Program-made: the position numbers and the translations under genes
Shown: positions 32,142-43,672 of the stretch, one piece after another
Numbering within the stretch: position 1 is the first letter of the stretch
How the letters are laid out: every line of letters starts with the position of its first letter
Notes under the pieces: generated by a model
Databases searched by the model: none
Told to the model about the DNA's origin: nothing
What the model saw: the letters and a program-made list of their open reading frames with translations, nothing else
IMG/VR virus record: IMGVR_UViG_3300010279_000001
Location: 32,001 to 96,000 of that record
Direction: 5' to 3' (one strand)
Length of the DNA stretch: 64,000 bases
From: a virus
Lineage: Duplodnaviria > Caudoviricetes

Positions 32142-34565
32142 ATGGTAATAAATAATACGACGGACACCTTCATCGTACCACCCACGCTTCACCATTTGGT
32201 GGTGCATGAGTATCCCAACTAAGTCACACAGCGATGCACCACCATTCTGTTGGTATGCATTAAGTAAAGAGTGTTTAGATCGGGTCCAGATAGCATGACC
32301 ATCAAAAGAGTAGATAAACTTCTTACCTGTTGCTTCCCAGAATTTCTCCAGATCCTCTTTGCGCCCCTTAAGACCAGGGTTGGCATCCCAGAGTGCATCG
32401 ATTACTCTTTGTCCTAACTCTGGAGAGATGTCCAGCATATCTGCAACTTTATCTTTTTGTGCCCCATACATAACCCCATACGTGATAGGTTTACCGTCGT
32501 TACGGGACACCTCTCTGCCTGCTACTTTTGTATATGCCTCAGCATTGTTTTGGTGTGCGTCTCCGTTACTTACAACATCATAATACAAGCCGTTGTCGAA
32601 CTCAAAGGCACCCCAGGCCCCGATAAGCTGCTCTAAGTTGGACCCGTCAATACCGATCTCAAAGTATCCTGGAGGAACACCCCACAGACTACGCATCTCT
32701 TTACCCATAACCACTTTAGGGGATGGTTTAGGCATGTTTGCACAAATACTGTGTTTCTGTCTGGAAGTGTTTGTTAATCCAGAGCTTTTAGCAGGAAGCT
32801 TATGGTCAATCTTCAAACGTGGGTGATTAAGAAGACCAGTATCAACCTTATCCTCCTTGATTGGATCAAGGACCGATCTGCGGTTTCGCAATGATAACCA
32901 CAAGACGATATCTTTAGCCATCTCTCCGTTCAATTTTTCAAGATTCGGACATAGGTGTCCAAACGTATCTTTCAGTTGCGGAGAAGTAATAAGTGCCCTG
33001 GCTTTTCTACGTATTTTCCCGAACACTTCCTTTTTAATCCTTTCGGAGTTAGGAAAGCTTCGGAACTTGTGCACGGTTGTCTGGAACTTGGCATCAGTTT
33101 TGTTCCAGAAGTTGATAATCAGGTCACAATACTCTGACTCTAAAAGCTCGTCCATATATGCATATACTCGTGCATCAACATCCGCATCAGGTAGAGCTTT
33201 CTTCTTGCTATCTTTAGTTACATCTTTAGTTCTCCACATTGTCGGTAGCCAGCCAGCACTGATCAGATACCGCTTAATGTCGTCCTGATTGCTGATTTTC
33301 ATAGGTATCTTGCAGTCCGGCATTCGCTTCTGCTGTAGATCACTTATTGCCTGATCCATCAGCTCTTTAGGCAAAGGGTGGGGTGTGGAAGTGCCCTTAA
33401 TATAGCCTCTCAAGAAATCAGCCATCTTATCGGGGTCTTTGCAGCCCATCTCTTCACACCATTTTATCCCTATCTTGCTGACATCCCCTGTAGAGGTAAA
33501 TGCTCGCTTAGGCGGGGCTTTGAACTCTAAAGCGCTCATGTCTACAGGATAGCCAAGCTTATCTTTTAACCATTTCCAACCATTATTAGAGATTGTCCCG
33601 TCTTGGTTAAACGGCTTTTCAGGGAACTTGGGCCGCTGAGACATTGACAGCTCTTTTAAAGGCAGCTGTGGTTCAACACGATCAGCGATTTCTTTCATCC
33701 ACGCATCGCAACGGTCACGTAAAGCAATAGCTCCATCTATGTCGAAGTATACACCCTGACGGGCCTGCAGCTCCATCAGGAAGTGCTGCAGCATGCCTCG
33801 ACGTAGTGCGTTCTTCCAGGTGATCTTCTTGAACCCTTTCGGCTTCTCTTTGGCTGGATCGTACATAAAGTTCTGCATGTCAGATTTGCCGTAGAATACA
33901 CCTTTTGATTCCGCTACCAGCTCTTTCCAGAGCAGCTCCTGGATGATAACGTCCTCGAATACACGATCCACATACTTCCACAACGGAAGATCGCGCCAGT
34001 CATCAATTTGAACTTTCTGGTTACCAAGGGCGTAGCCCCATGCCATAAGGCCGTGAGGACCAACAGGCTGCATTTTCTTAGTAACCGGGTTGAATACAGA
34101 GTCCGGACAACCTTTTGGTAAAGGGCGATCAGGCCACAAGATTCGGCTCATCGCCAACGTATCAAACAGATTAACCTGGTGGTCGTTGATAGTCCCCATG
34201 CACTTAGGATCACGGAACATATCAAAATGAATACCGGATAATCTCTCCATCAGCATAAAGTCGTAACTGAAGCAGTTATGACAGTTCAAAGCCGTAGGTG
34301 ACCAGTCTGAGTTACCTGTAAGCCAACCTTCCAACTCTGAAAAATCTGCTATGCGAATTTCAAAATCTTTATAAAGAGTTTTCTTTGCCAGAATAAAGTT
34401 CTTAGCCTTCTCTATATCCTCTTCGGAGTAGTGTGTGCTGTCATTTAGAGGAAGGAACAACATAAAACGGTTCTTATTCAGCTCTTTAAACAAACCACAG
34501 TGATAATAAAGATCTAAGTCTTCCAAAAGCCCGGAGGCCTCCAGATCGAACGACCACATACTCAT
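32142..34565 (-). CDS. DNA polymerase (family A), exon 1
   Basis: ExoI FDLEASGL, motif A IDGSNLE, motif B R..GK.ITYGVMYG; ends YYH. Confidence 0.92.
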
Positions 34566-34623
34566 ATACAGTTCTCCTTAAAGGGGAGGCGGTTGTACTA
34601 CCCCTCCCACTCTTGGTTAAACA

Positions 34624-36702
34624 TTAAAAAGGTGTTTCATCGTCTTCAAAACCTGGAACAGGGTCAGAGGACGGATCATCATACGGGAGGTCTTCTTGTG
34701 TGTCAACAGTGTTAACAGTGGGAGTTACAACCTTATCAGCCACAACCTTGCCCACAGGTGTTTCTACAACTGCATGCTCCTGATCCTCAAACATAGCTTG
34801 AGGTCTCCAAACAACCTCCCCACCTTCTCCGTCTGTAAACATCTGCATTTCTTTGTCCCAGTACCAATTGCTGGCATCATGGAACTTGCCTGTGTGGGGA
34901 TCCATAACTAGAGTGTCTGCAATACCTAACGTTTTTGCTGGGCGGTTTTTAAGACCTACCAGTCGGACACGTCCACGGGAACGATCCACCATCTCTTCTG
35001 CCTCTACCCCAACAACCACCCAGCTAAGTTGCTCCAGTCCGGCACTACCTCGCAGGTTCTCTTTTCGTACAGGGTACCAGAAAGGCAACGGATTTCCATC
35101 CTTATCCTTGGGAGGTACAATCTCTGTGCGTTTAAGGTGAGCAATCACTAAAATAAACACGTTGAACTGTTTACAGAACGCAGCTAGTTGAGTCATAGCC
35201 ATGTCAAGCTCTTTGCGCTCATCCTTAACATTAAGTCCTGAAATCACCATGGACAGGTGATCCAGCACAATGTAACGGCAGTGATACAGACACACCATTT
35301 GTTTAAGCTTAGTGATCAGTTCATCTACAGGGATAGATCCGAAATGCTTGAACACTTTGATTTTTCCAGCCTTGGCCCAAGATTGGTGAATCTCAGCATG
35401 CTCCTGATCGGTCAGGAACTGACTAGGGTCTTCAACAAACTCTTTAACATCAAACCCCAACTGGTTGGCGTATAGAGAGTTAATTGCTTCCTCAGGGTCC
35501 TCTTCAAGGTGAATCAGACACAGGCGATCATCCTCTTCATAATCATCGGCTTTAGGGCATGTCGGATCCATCAAGTATTTTGCAATGCAGTGCTCTAGTT
35601 TCTTGGCTACAGTTGTTTTACCACCGCCAGATGGGCCTGTCAGCATCATCAAGGTGCCTTTGTGGAGTCCTTTCAGCATCTTCTGCAATTTAGGGAACTC
35701 CGCGCTGATATCTACGCCATTAGAAGTCTTCTTACGAAGAGATTCAATGGAGAAGTCTTCTAAATCAGATACAGCATCGGGCACATATTTGACTGGGTGA
35801 CGGAACATGTTGACAATATCTTCCAGCTTTTTAGCCTTCAGCATGTCACGGATATCTTTTACACCGTCAGGGTCGTTTACCTCGCTGGGGTATTCCACGT
35901 GGTAAACGTTATCAGCCATCAAAAATGCCGCGATATTATGTGTGGCTTCAACACCTTTGATAACGTGTTTTTGCTTCTCTACCTCGTTAGCTGCATCGTT
36001 GTCCATTGCAAGGACCACTGTTCCGTAGCTACGGATAAATTTCTCATTGTTTGCAAAAGTATCTACTGCGTTTGCACATCCACAGTTAATTCCAACAAAA
36101 GGTAGGCAGGGTTTTCCTGCCAGATCACCCCCGTTGATAACTGCATCGATCCCGTCCTGGACCTCTTTAGCCCACTGTTTCACCTTTGCCGGGGCTTTAG
36201 CGTTGGTGAGAATCCCTTTTACTTGTATCTGATATGCAGCCTGCCATGCTGCAATAACATCGCCTTCCCCCTCACAAACGTTAATCTGCTTACGGTTGTT
36301 AGAAGATGCACACAGCTTTTGCCCAAACATTTGGGAGTTAGCCTTTACGATCCCAACCGTCGTAAAGTGCCCACGTTGCTCTTTGGGGATCGTCCAGTCA
36401 CGCTTTTTGAAACCGGACAGATTCCCGTAGCGGTCGTAATATGGGAAATATGTTGCAGTAACTGTCACACCGTCTTCTTGGGACAATGCTGATCGCACAC
36501 CAAAATATTGTGCAGCCATCAGACCGATATTTTGTTGTGGGACAGGGACGATTTTAGTATTTTCTAAAACAGTCTCTACAGTTTCAACCTCTTTTTCATC
36601 ACGATAGTCTCGTTTCACACTTCCACCACTTTTATACTTAGTTGCTTTCGGGTTTGGCTCACCGAAACGGTTATATGCAGATGCCATAAATTTACTTCCC
36701 AT
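34624..36702 (-). CDS. T7 gp4-like primase-helicase
   Basis: TOPRIM CEGEGD and MDND; Walker A GPSGGGKTT; LDHLS; LRGSAGLEQLS; KNR. Confidence 0.92.
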   Translation of the reverse strand: MGSKFMASAYNRFGEPNPKATKYKSGGSVKRDYRDEKEVETVETVLENTKIVPVPQQNIGLMAAQYFGVRSALSQEDGVTVTATYFPYYDRYGNLSGFKKRDWTIPKEQRGHFTTVGIVKANSQMFGQKLCASSNNRKQINVCEGEGDVIAAWQAAYQIQVKGILTNAKAPAKVKQWAKEVQDGIDAVINGGDLAGKPCLPFVGINCGCANAVDTFANNEKFIRSYGTVVLAMDNDAANEVEKQKHVIKGVEATHNIAAFLMADNVYHVEYPSEVNDPDGVKDIRDMLKAKKLEDIVNMFRHPVKYVPDAVSDLEDFSIESLRKKTSNGVDISAEFPKLQKMLKGLHKGTLMMLTGPSGGGKTTVAKKLEHCIAKYLMDPTCPKADDYEEDDRLCLIHLEEDPEEAINSLYANQLGFDVKEFVEDPSQFLTDQEHAEIHQSWAKAGKIKVFKHFGSIPVDELITKLKQMVCLYHCRYIVLDHLSMVISGLNVKDERKELDMAMTQLAAFCKQFNVFILVIAHLKRTEIVPPKDKDGNPLPFWYPVRKENLRGSAGLEQLSWVVVGVEAEEMVDRSRGRVRLVGLKNRPAKTLGIADTLVMDPHTGKFHDASNWYWDKEMQMFTDGEGGEVVWRPQAMFEDQEHAVVETPVGKVVADKVVTPTVNTVDTQEDLPYDDPSSDPVPGFEDDETPF

Positions 36703-37456
36703 TAATTCTGCTCCTTACTACAGGCTCGTTTGCTAAGAATACAGCTTTTGCCCAACCACGTGGTGTGAGGCTTCGGATCATCTTCGTTCTTGCACTCTTT
36801 CCACCCAGCTTAGCGTGTTGCATGGAGTACCCACTAACCGCGTCAACTATTTGCGGGACAGGTTTTGTGTCCGGGATTATAAATCCATTACCTATCCAGC
36901 CGCAAGTTATTTTTGGATAGGCATCACGTGGAGCTATAAATTCAGGAAACCGGGGGTTTACATCATCCTCCGGTAAATACCCGCCATAGTCAGAAGGGTG
37001 AAAACGGTAATCAGGTTTGCGCCACAGTGTGGACATAACACCCACAGGATTCTCTACATGCCACGGGCAATCGTAAATCTCTCCCAACTCTTCTGCAACC
37101 CGAGCATCCTTTACAGCATTAATCTGGATCAGCGGGTCCTTAGCCAGCTTCTTCTTAAAGTGTGCAGCACCTGACACCGCTAAGTGGGTGCACGGAGGAA
37201 ATGCAAGAACAAAGTCTGGAGCGGGATACATGCAAAAAGTTTCCTGGGGGAACCATGGATCGATCCAATAGTCAACATAGTGGATATTGGGGTGATCGGT
37301 TATTACCTCTGCATAGCTGCCGTGATCAGCCCCTTCTGCGTTAAAGCACAGGCACAAGTATCCGGCTTTTGCCCAGTCAATGACAGCACCGCCAGATCCG
37401 TCAAATAGGCTCCACACAACACCTTTATGATAGTGCTCTTTGTAGATAAATTTCAC
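36692..37456 (-). CDS. DNA cytosine-C5 methyltransferase
   Basis: SLFDGSG, FPPCT (PC catalytic) and ENPV motifs; GTG start with GGAGG RBS. Confidence 0.8.
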   Translation of the reverse strand: MKFIYKEHYHKGVVWSLFDGSGGAVIDWAKAGYLCLCFNAEGADHGSYAEVITDHPNIHYVDYWIDPWFPQETFCMYPAPDFVLAFPPCTHLAVSGAAHFKKKLAKDPLIQINAVKDARVAEELGEIYDCPWHVENPVGVMSTLWRKPDYRFHPSDYGGYLPEDDVNPRFPEFIAPRDAYPKITCGWIGNGFIIPDTKPVPQIVDAVSGYSMQHAKLGGKSARTKMIRSLTPRGWAKAVFLANEPVVRSRINGK

Positions 37457-37507
37457 CTTACTGCCTCCTAATGCAAAAAGCCCCACCCTTTCGGGCAGGG
37501 CCTAGTG

Positions 37508-37990
37508 TTAAACCCGGATACCTATTGTATACTCGGTGGATACCAATGTCAAATCTAAATTTAGAATTTCTTGCATCTCATAGTATGCGTCCAGGGTGAG
37601 ATACATTTCCCCATCCTTTTCTACATACTTGTCAAGGTGTTTGAGGCACTTTGGATAACTATTAAGGGCAGCCTTTAGGCACTCAAACTCTGTACTGTTG
37701 ATGAATCCTTCCATCTTGGCTACCCGTTCTGGGGTAACGATAGCACTGTAGTGAGATTTAGCTTCCTGAATGCAATGGGTCCAAGCATCAACTTTCTCTT
37801 CGAAAAGTCCGAAGAACTTCTTTTTGGTGAGCTTCAGATTCTTTAAGTGCTTAAGCACTCGGTTGCCGATCACAGATACATCACGAAACTTAAAGATCAC
37901 TTTGTCAATATCCTCGCGGCCTATTTTTACAAAGCAAGCCTCGCACATTTCAGGAGAGGCATAACCTACTTTCCACATAAAATCTGACAT
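37508..37990 (-). CDS. hypothetical protein
   Basis: GGAG RBS. Confidence 0.75.
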   Translation of the reverse strand: MSDFMWKVGYASPEMCEACFVKIGREDIDKVIFKFRDVSVIGNRVLKHLKNLKLTKKKFFGLFEEKVDAWTHCIQEAKSHYSAIVTPERVAKMEGFINSTEFECLKAALNSYPKCLKHLDKYVEKDGEMYLTLDAYYEMQEILNLDLTLVSTEYTIGIRV

Positions 37991-38002
37991 AACACTCTCT
38001 CC

Positions 38003-38398
38003 TTATTCCTGAAAAGCAACGATATCATATGCACTTACCAATGATTCCGGTGAAGAATGACTCCAGTCCAGGTTATCAGAGTATCCAGCGTGCTGTGCAC
38101 CGCTACGTAGTTTGTATTTTACCCACTTACCTGGTGCAGGGTTTTCACCACCTTCCCATGCTTCCCAGTCTTCTGACAGGCCGTCCTGAGAGCAGTCATC
38201 CACTCCACTGATAATCTTAGGGTTTGGCACCAAGATCCCTGCAGGCCCCTCCTTCCGGATAAGTGTCCACACAGCGTAGGTGTCTGAGCAGGAGCAAGAT
38301 AGTAAAGTATATCCACTATTAATAACTTCTGCAAGCTCTTTTTCAGCATCTTCCAGCTTGGTCAGAGAGTATTGGATAATCTTGACATCTGTAACCAT
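38003..38398 (-). CDS. hypothetical protein
   Basis: GGAGG RBS; W.GGE.P motif. Confidence 0.75.
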   Translation of the reverse strand: MVTDVKIIQYSLTKLEDAEKELAEVINSGYTLLSCSCSDTYAVWTLIRKEGPAGILVPNPKIISGVDDCSQDGLSEDWEAWEGGENPAPGKWVKYKLRSGAQHAGYSDNLDWSHSSPESLVSAYDIVAFQE

Positions 38399-38703
38399 CA
38401 GAAACCTCCTACTTCTTCGGCAAACGCAGCCGCTGTTGTTGCTGCGTCTAGGTAAGACTCCAGTTCACGAGTTGCACGTTTGTAAATCGAGTGGCGCAGA
38501 GCGTTTGGCAGTTGGTGAAAGTCCACCTCTTCTCCGTTGTGGTAAACATGTACATCAGTGATCTGTCTAAATCCGTAATAGTCAACATCAGAATCACGGC
38601 ACTCCGGATCTGGCAACTGGACAACTGCCTGAGCTTCTACAGTAAACATGTCATCCAGTTCGAAATCGATTTCAAAAGTATATGGTTTATAACGTTTCAT
38701 CAT
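38398..38703 (-). CDS. hypothetical protein
   Basis: AAGGAG RBS. Confidence 0.75.
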   Translation of the reverse strand: MMKRYKPYTFEIDFELDDMFTVEAQAVVQLPDPECRDSDVDYYGFRQITDVHVYHNGEEVDFHQLPNALRHSIYKRATRELESYLDAATTAAAFAEEVGGF

Positions 38704-38759
38704 TTGGTGCTCTCCTTAGTTTTTGTGGGGAGGAGTGCCTCCCCTTTATGCTTTACATC

Positions 38760-39104
38760 TTACTGCAAATCTTCTTCAGGGTCAAGCTCAAAAAGAATCA
38801 AACTGTGCATGTTTGCAGAAAGTTCAACACATCCTGCAACAACAAGTGTCTGGTAGTAAGGTTCAGCACCTTCAATAGACTCATTAAAATCTACAACAAG
38901 GTAATCTCCTTTGTTGAAGACATACTTATCTGTTGTGAATGCAAAACCTACCCAATCCCCATCTATAGGATCTTCATCTACCACTTTTGTCAGCAGTAGG
39001 TCTTTTTCACGAGATCTTTTAGTGAAATCGTGAACCACAACATCCTTTTCTTCCTGCTCGGGGTTGCCACACACATAGTTGATTATATTTCTCCACAAGC
39101 TCAT
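38760..39104 (-). CDS. hypothetical protein
   Basis: GGAGG RBS. Confidence 0.75.
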   Translation of the reverse strand: MSLWRNIINYVCGNPEQEEKDVVVHDFTKRSREKDLLLTKVVDEDPIDGDWVGFAFTTDKYVFNKGDYLVVDFNESIEGAEPYYQTLVVAGCVELSANMHSLILFELDPEEDLQ

Positions 39105-40471
39105 ACGGCCTCCTCTTCTGCTCTGGTTTCAAAATCTTTCCTGACCTTCTCGTCAAGGCCGGGGAAAGTTGTATTATAGAATTCCACCACCCTTGGGTCA
39201 ACTATAATATCAAGCTCTCTCAACGGGCGCAACAAATTTATCCCTTGTATGGTCTTAACGCGGCTCAAAGCTACATACGTCATCCCAGGGGAGAAAGCTC
39301 CGTTCTTCCCAAGATCTAAGTTGTAGCAATCTAATGTAAGCCCTTGACTTTTGTGTGATGTTACAGCGTATCCAGATTTCAAAGGCAGTTGCTCATAAGA
39401 CCCGATCACAACCCTTTCTATAAATTTCTCCATCTTCCTTTCGGCAATATTGTACCTCTGGGAAGGCTTGTACTCGTTATTCTCCCACAATCTCGGCTCA
39501 ATTTCAACCTGTGTTCCGTCTTCCAGCTCAACCACCACAGACTTGGTCTTGAATTTGACCACTGTAGCCCGTGTCCCGTTGACATAATATGGGACTTTGT
39601 GTGTAGGGTCAACATCGTTTGAGGTTATCATAACCTTCATCCCGATCTTCAGCTTCATTTCCTGCTCAACAGGTAGCGTGGAAGGGAACTTACCTTTCAT
39701 TTTGCCAGTGTAGGTCTTCTCTGGGGACTTGATGGCATCATAGAAACGTCTGTTCACCTCTTCTGCTTGCTTATTGGTGGCACAGATAGTCAGGGCATCT
39801 GTCGGGACACCACCATGGTAGCAACGGGTGTTAAGCTCTGCTACAACCTCTTTTATGCGACGACCTTCACGAACACAGTTCAACATTGTGGCGAAGCGAA
39901 CAGATTCCTGACGGAACTGGTCCACCAAGGCTATGTTGTGAAGATCAAGATCCTTCCAGGAGTCTGTATAGCAACACAGGTCTGTGTGGTAGAAGTTGAA
40001 GTAGGCCTCCTTCTCCATGGAAGAGACAACTGGGGGTGCTTGGTAGAAATCTCCAAACAATAGCACCTGAATGCCTCCGAAAGGTTTGTCATTTTTCCGA
40101 AGAAAGCGGAGCTTTCTATCCATCTCTATGAACTTGTCAGCACGGATCATAGAGATTTCATCTATAATTAGGATGGTAAATGCTTTGCTTTTCAAAGGCT
40201 TTGCAGTTTTTGCCCTTATTGCTGTCCAGTCTGACTCCATGCTTACACCTGCGGCAAGATCGAAAGTTCGGTGCGCTGTTGCTCCATTAACGTTTAAAGC
40301 GGCTACCCCTGTCGGGGCAACCGTTATGCAAGAGTCTCCATACATTGACTGGATCATGTTGATGAGATATGTCTTGCCTGTACCACCGGGCCCACTCACA
40401 AAGACATTCTCACCACTCATGATTGCAACAAGGGCAGCATCTGTGCCTACATCATACTGCCCTTTTTCCAT
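39101..40471 (-). CDS. PIF1/RecD-like SF1B DNA helicase
   Basis: GPGGTGKT, APTGVAA, IDEISM, FGGIQ..FGDFYQ, HKSQGLTL, YVALSR. Confidence 0.92.
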   Translation of the reverse strand: MEKGQYDVGTDAALVAIMSGENVFVSGPGGTGKTYLINMIQSMYGDSCITVAPTGVAALNVNGATAHRTFDLAAGVSMESDWTAIRAKTAKPLKSKAFTILIIDEISMIRADKFIEMDRKLRFLRKNDKPFGGIQVLLFGDFYQAPPVVSSMEKEAYFNFYHTDLCCYTDSWKDLDLHNIALVDQFRQESVRFATMLNCVREGRRIKEVVAELNTRCYHGGVPTDALTICATNKQAEEVNRRFYDAIKSPEKTYTGKMKGKFPSTLPVEQEMKLKIGMKVMITSNDVDPTHKVPYYVNGTRATVVKFKTKSVVVELEDGTQVEIEPRLWENNEYKPSQRYNIAERKMEKFIERVVIGSYEQLPLKSGYAVTSHKSQGLTLDCYNLDLGKNGAFSPGMTYVALSRVKTIQGINLLRPLRELDIIVDPRVVEFYNTTFPGLDEKVRKDFETRAEEEAV

Positions 40472-41679
40472 TACGCCTCCTCGTAGATAATGTCGATAGT
40501 GTTACCGTCACGGTCAACCACGTATTCAATCGGGTCTCCGTCTTTGCGTGGTTCCGGAGCTACTACAATTTCGTAGCGGCATGCACGGCACTTAGCACTG
40601 TTGTGTTGGTAGGGTACACTAACTACATCAGCAGGGTCAACCATAACCGTCATCACGGTACCGTAGCTCTCAGCATACTCTTTGCTGGCGCAGTGCAGGC
40701 CATAAGAGCATGCAGCTTCCGGATCGTCCTCTACGAAGTTACGAGGCATGGACACAAAAGTACCTTGATATTGTGGAACTTTACCGCTATGCCAGTCAAC
40801 CCACTTGCTACCGTTGAACTGCACCCCTTTGTAGCAGATGATTCTACCATCTTCAGCAATCTGAATATCGTTAGCCTGCATGAAATCGTAAAGCATGTTC
40901 ACAGATTTTGCAGACGGGTTGCGTAACAGGCGCACCAGGAATTTAACGTAGCGGTCATCCAGTGTCCCATCAGCATAATCTTTCTCAATCTTCACTGCAA
41001 TTGTGGATTTCATCTCCACACCGTAGTAATAAAGTTTTCCATCCTTCAGGATCAGATTGTCTGCCAGTGTGGTGAACTCATTCTTGCGTTCCAGCCAGAC
41101 AAGGATTTCACCAATTGCTTCGTCATATTCCTGAACAGAGATATGGTTGAAGACTTTCTGATAAACCTCTTCATCATCGCTACGGCGAATCTCAAAAATA
41201 CCTTCGTTGCAGGTGATCTGTAAGAGTTCTCCACAAATAACCACCAAAGGCTCGATGCTTCGTGTCTGTTGCTGAGACACACTGCTCACCACTTCTAACA
41301 CCGGATCCTTAACCTCTGCTACGGCAGGTTCTTCCGACTTAACTGCTACCCCGCTGAATCCGACATCATGCGCTACGCACAGAGGATAGACAACACACCA
41401 ACGTTTAGGCTCTGAAGCTCCACGGTCTACAATTCGGGCATACTTACCATCATCCTCCAGTCCATACCGGAACAAGCGTGCCTCTTCTCGTGTTTCAAAA
41501 TCTTCACTGGTATAGCAAACACTGTCACGGTCAGGATCGAACAGACCTGGAGCACCAATTGCCAATACCCATGTTTTATCCGTCTTCTCTAAGGCACAAA
41601 TAAAACCTTTTTTCTCAAGCTCAGCACGACGATCACGGGCTTCACTACGGGTTTTAAAATGCTGGTAAATGAAAATCAT
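40471..41679 (-). CDS. rIIB: rIIB-like protein
   Basis: NPS.....LY.F, DG..I.YK.V, MPRN.V.DDP...CS.GLH, VDPADVVSVP, K.R.CRY. Confidence 0.88.
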   Translation of the reverse strand: MIFIYQHFKTRSEARDRRAELEKKGFICALEKTDKTWVLAIGAPGLFDPDRDSVCYTSEDFETREEARLFRYGLEDDGKYARIVDRGASEPKRWCVVYPLCVAHDVGFSGVAVKSEEPAVAEVKDPVLEVVSSVSQQQTRSIEPLVVICGELLQITCNEGIFEIRRSDDEEVYQKVFNHISVQEYDEAIGEILVWLERKNEFTTLADNLILKDGKLYYYGVEMKSTIAVKIEKDYADGTLDDRYVKFLVRLLRNPSAKSVNMLYDFMQANDIQIAEDGRIICYKGVQFNGSKWVDWHSGKVPQYQGTFVSMPRNFVEDDPEAACSYGLHCASKEYAESYGTVMTVMVDPADVVSVPYQHNSAKCRACRYEIVVAPEPRKDGDPIEYVVDRDGNTIDIIYEEA

Positions 41680-41689
41680 CTCGGTCTCC

Positions 41690-43672
41690 TTATTTGGTGT
41701 TGTTCTTTGCATCAATCAGTTCACGGTATTCAATCATAGCAGGGGTGTCCCAGTATTTCAAGCCCACATGCTCTAAAAGTGGGTATTTCTTTTCCAGCCT
41801 TGCAATGTAGGCTTTCCCACATTTAACTCTGTTAGTTAGCAAGTTCAGGGCTCGACGGTTCAACTCGCGATACTTCCACGAAGTATTACCTTCCCATTTG
41901 TGGAAATGTGGCTGATAGTTTCCAAAATCTTGCATAGGGATAATTTTACCCAATTGTCGAGACAAACTGTCATAAGAGGTTTCATTTGCTGCACGGTTTA
42001 GTAAGAATTTCCAGGCATCCTCTTTCAGCAAATGCTCTACATTCTTCTCTGTAGCATACTGGCAATCAGGATCAGTCCAAAGTAGACGAGATTCTGATAC
42101 CAGATACAGATCCTCTCCTTCAGGAATCTGCAATGCTTCACGTATACGGTTATAGTCTTGTTGGTAGATGTTACTCATCTGACCTAACCAACAACTCCCA
42201 CGTTGGATATCTCCTTCATATGGAATGCAATGTTTAATCTTCTTGAACTCTGCCTTAGTGATACGTTCACGATGAAAGTAACCATCCTTTCCGAGCTTTT
42301 TAACCCAGTAGCCTGGTTCGTAGTGGGTTTTGTTTTCACCTTTCTTTACAGGTCTGCGAGGAAGCTCTGACAACAATTTGACCGTATCGGCAAAGAACGG
42401 GTTGTGCGCTGCCTCTTTAAACTTCTCTGCAAGATCTGTGTCTCGGCAATAGAAAACGTTTCGCCCTGTAATCTCACTTAAATAGTTGCACTTATTGCGG
42501 TTATACTTACCGTCCCCGTCATTAAATACTAGGTATACACCTCGTAAAAATTCTGTCTTACCATAAAGGGCATAACCTATGCGACCCTTATTTAAGCCGC
42601 CACCAAATATTTCACAATCACCCAGGTTGCCCAGACCTGTCTCTTCCCAGCGGTTCCACATGAAGTTTTTACCGAAGATGTGTCCAAACACCCCGCTGTT
42701 CTTCATCATCTCACGTGCCTCTGCTGAGGTTTTTGCTGTCTCTAATTCTGCAACTACTTCAGCCCCACGGAGACGGATACCTTCTTTGACAAAAGCTTCA
42801 AGACGCTCCTGGAATCCACCATCATCGTGCCCCTCTATGGTCCATTCGCGACCTGGGTTAATATTGCAATCTCCGATAGGAATCTCCACACAGATTGCAG
42901 GGTAGTCTGTCAATGTTTCCAAGAACTTTGAGCGGTAAGGTTGGTGACCCATCACCACACGGCTCTCGTCAGAGCTGGTATAACCTTTCAGAATGGTCAT
43001 TTTCCAACCATCTTTCTCGTATTGATACTGTGCCTCAACTTTGTCACCTTCCAGCATCTTACTGGTCATAGGATCGGTGACGGTGAACGGGAATTTTGCA
43101 TAACGTAGGCACGATGCAATAGCAGTTCGATATTTCAGAACATGTTCTTTCTTAACATGAAACTGAACTTTTACCCCGTTGTGCTCTTCAGTCTTCTGCT
43201 CACGGATCTTGGTGACGTTAGGGATACCTTGATCCAGAAACAGCAAATAAGTGCTCTCCACTCCGTTGTGGACACTGATCACGTCGAAAGTATCAACCAT
43301 ACTGAACGGGGCTTTAGATCCAACACCTTTGTTACCTACCAGTTCGTTGCTATTACGTTTGGTGGATTCCCCAAGATTCATGAAGGTGTTGCGGACCATC
43401 TCTTCGGACATACCTAGGCCGACGTCCTGCACAAAGAAGTATGGCTCAAGATCTGTAGGAGAGTGAATGATGATCGGCACATCACCTCTCCCAGACTCTA
43501 CATGGGAGTCCACAGCGTTGAAGATTGGCTCACGACAACTTGCCAGCACCTTATCTTCGTAAATACCTTTAATGATTAGTCCGAAAGTCTCTTTATTCAA
43601 AGAGATCGTGCCTCGGGTTACCTCCAGGTCTCCTGTCAATACTGCTTTAGTTTCATTACTGTTTACAATCAT
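41690..43672 (-). CDS. rIIA: rIIA-like protein (GHKL ATPase N-terminus)
   Basis: RE...NA.DSH, D.G.GMS, STKR, G..GVGSK; directly upstream of rIIB. Confidence 0.88.
   Translation of the reverse strand: MIVNSNETKAVLTGDLEVTRGTISLNKETFGLIIKGIYEDKVLASCREPIFNAVDSHVESGRGDVPIIIHSPTDLEPYFFVQDVGLGMSEEMVRNTFMNLGESTKRNSNELVGNKGVGSKAPFSMVDTFDVISVHNGVESTYLLFLDQGIPNVTKIREQKTEEHNGVKVQFHVKKEHVLKYRTAIASCLRYAKFPFTVTDPMTSKMLEGDKVEAQYQYEKDGWKMTILKGYTSSDESRVVMGHQPYRSKFLETLTDYPAICVEIPIGDCNINPGREWTIEGHDDGGFQERLEAFVKEGIRLRGAEVVAELETAKTSAEAREMMKNSGVFGHIFGKNFMWNRWEETGLGNLGDCEIFGGGLNKGRIGYALYGKTEFLRGVYLVFNDGDGKYNRNKCNYLSEITGRNVFYCRDTDLAEKFKEAAHNPFFADTVKLLSELPRRPVKKGENKTHYEPGYWVKKLGKDGYFHRERITKAEFKKIKHCIPYEGDIQRGSCWLGQMSNIYQQDYNRIREALQIPEGEDLYLVSESRLLWTDPDCQYATEKNVEHLLKEDAWKFLLNRAANETSYDSLSRQLGKIIPMQDFGNYQPHFHKWEGNTSWKYRELNRRALNLLTNRVKCGKAYIARLEKKYPLLEHVGLKYWDTPAMIEYRELIDAKNNTK

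Noticed and set aside
31512-34565. Polymerase as a pseudogene or natural two-subunit enzyme
   Set aside because: The gap has complete group I intron hallmarks and splicing restores the frame and the HDE motif.
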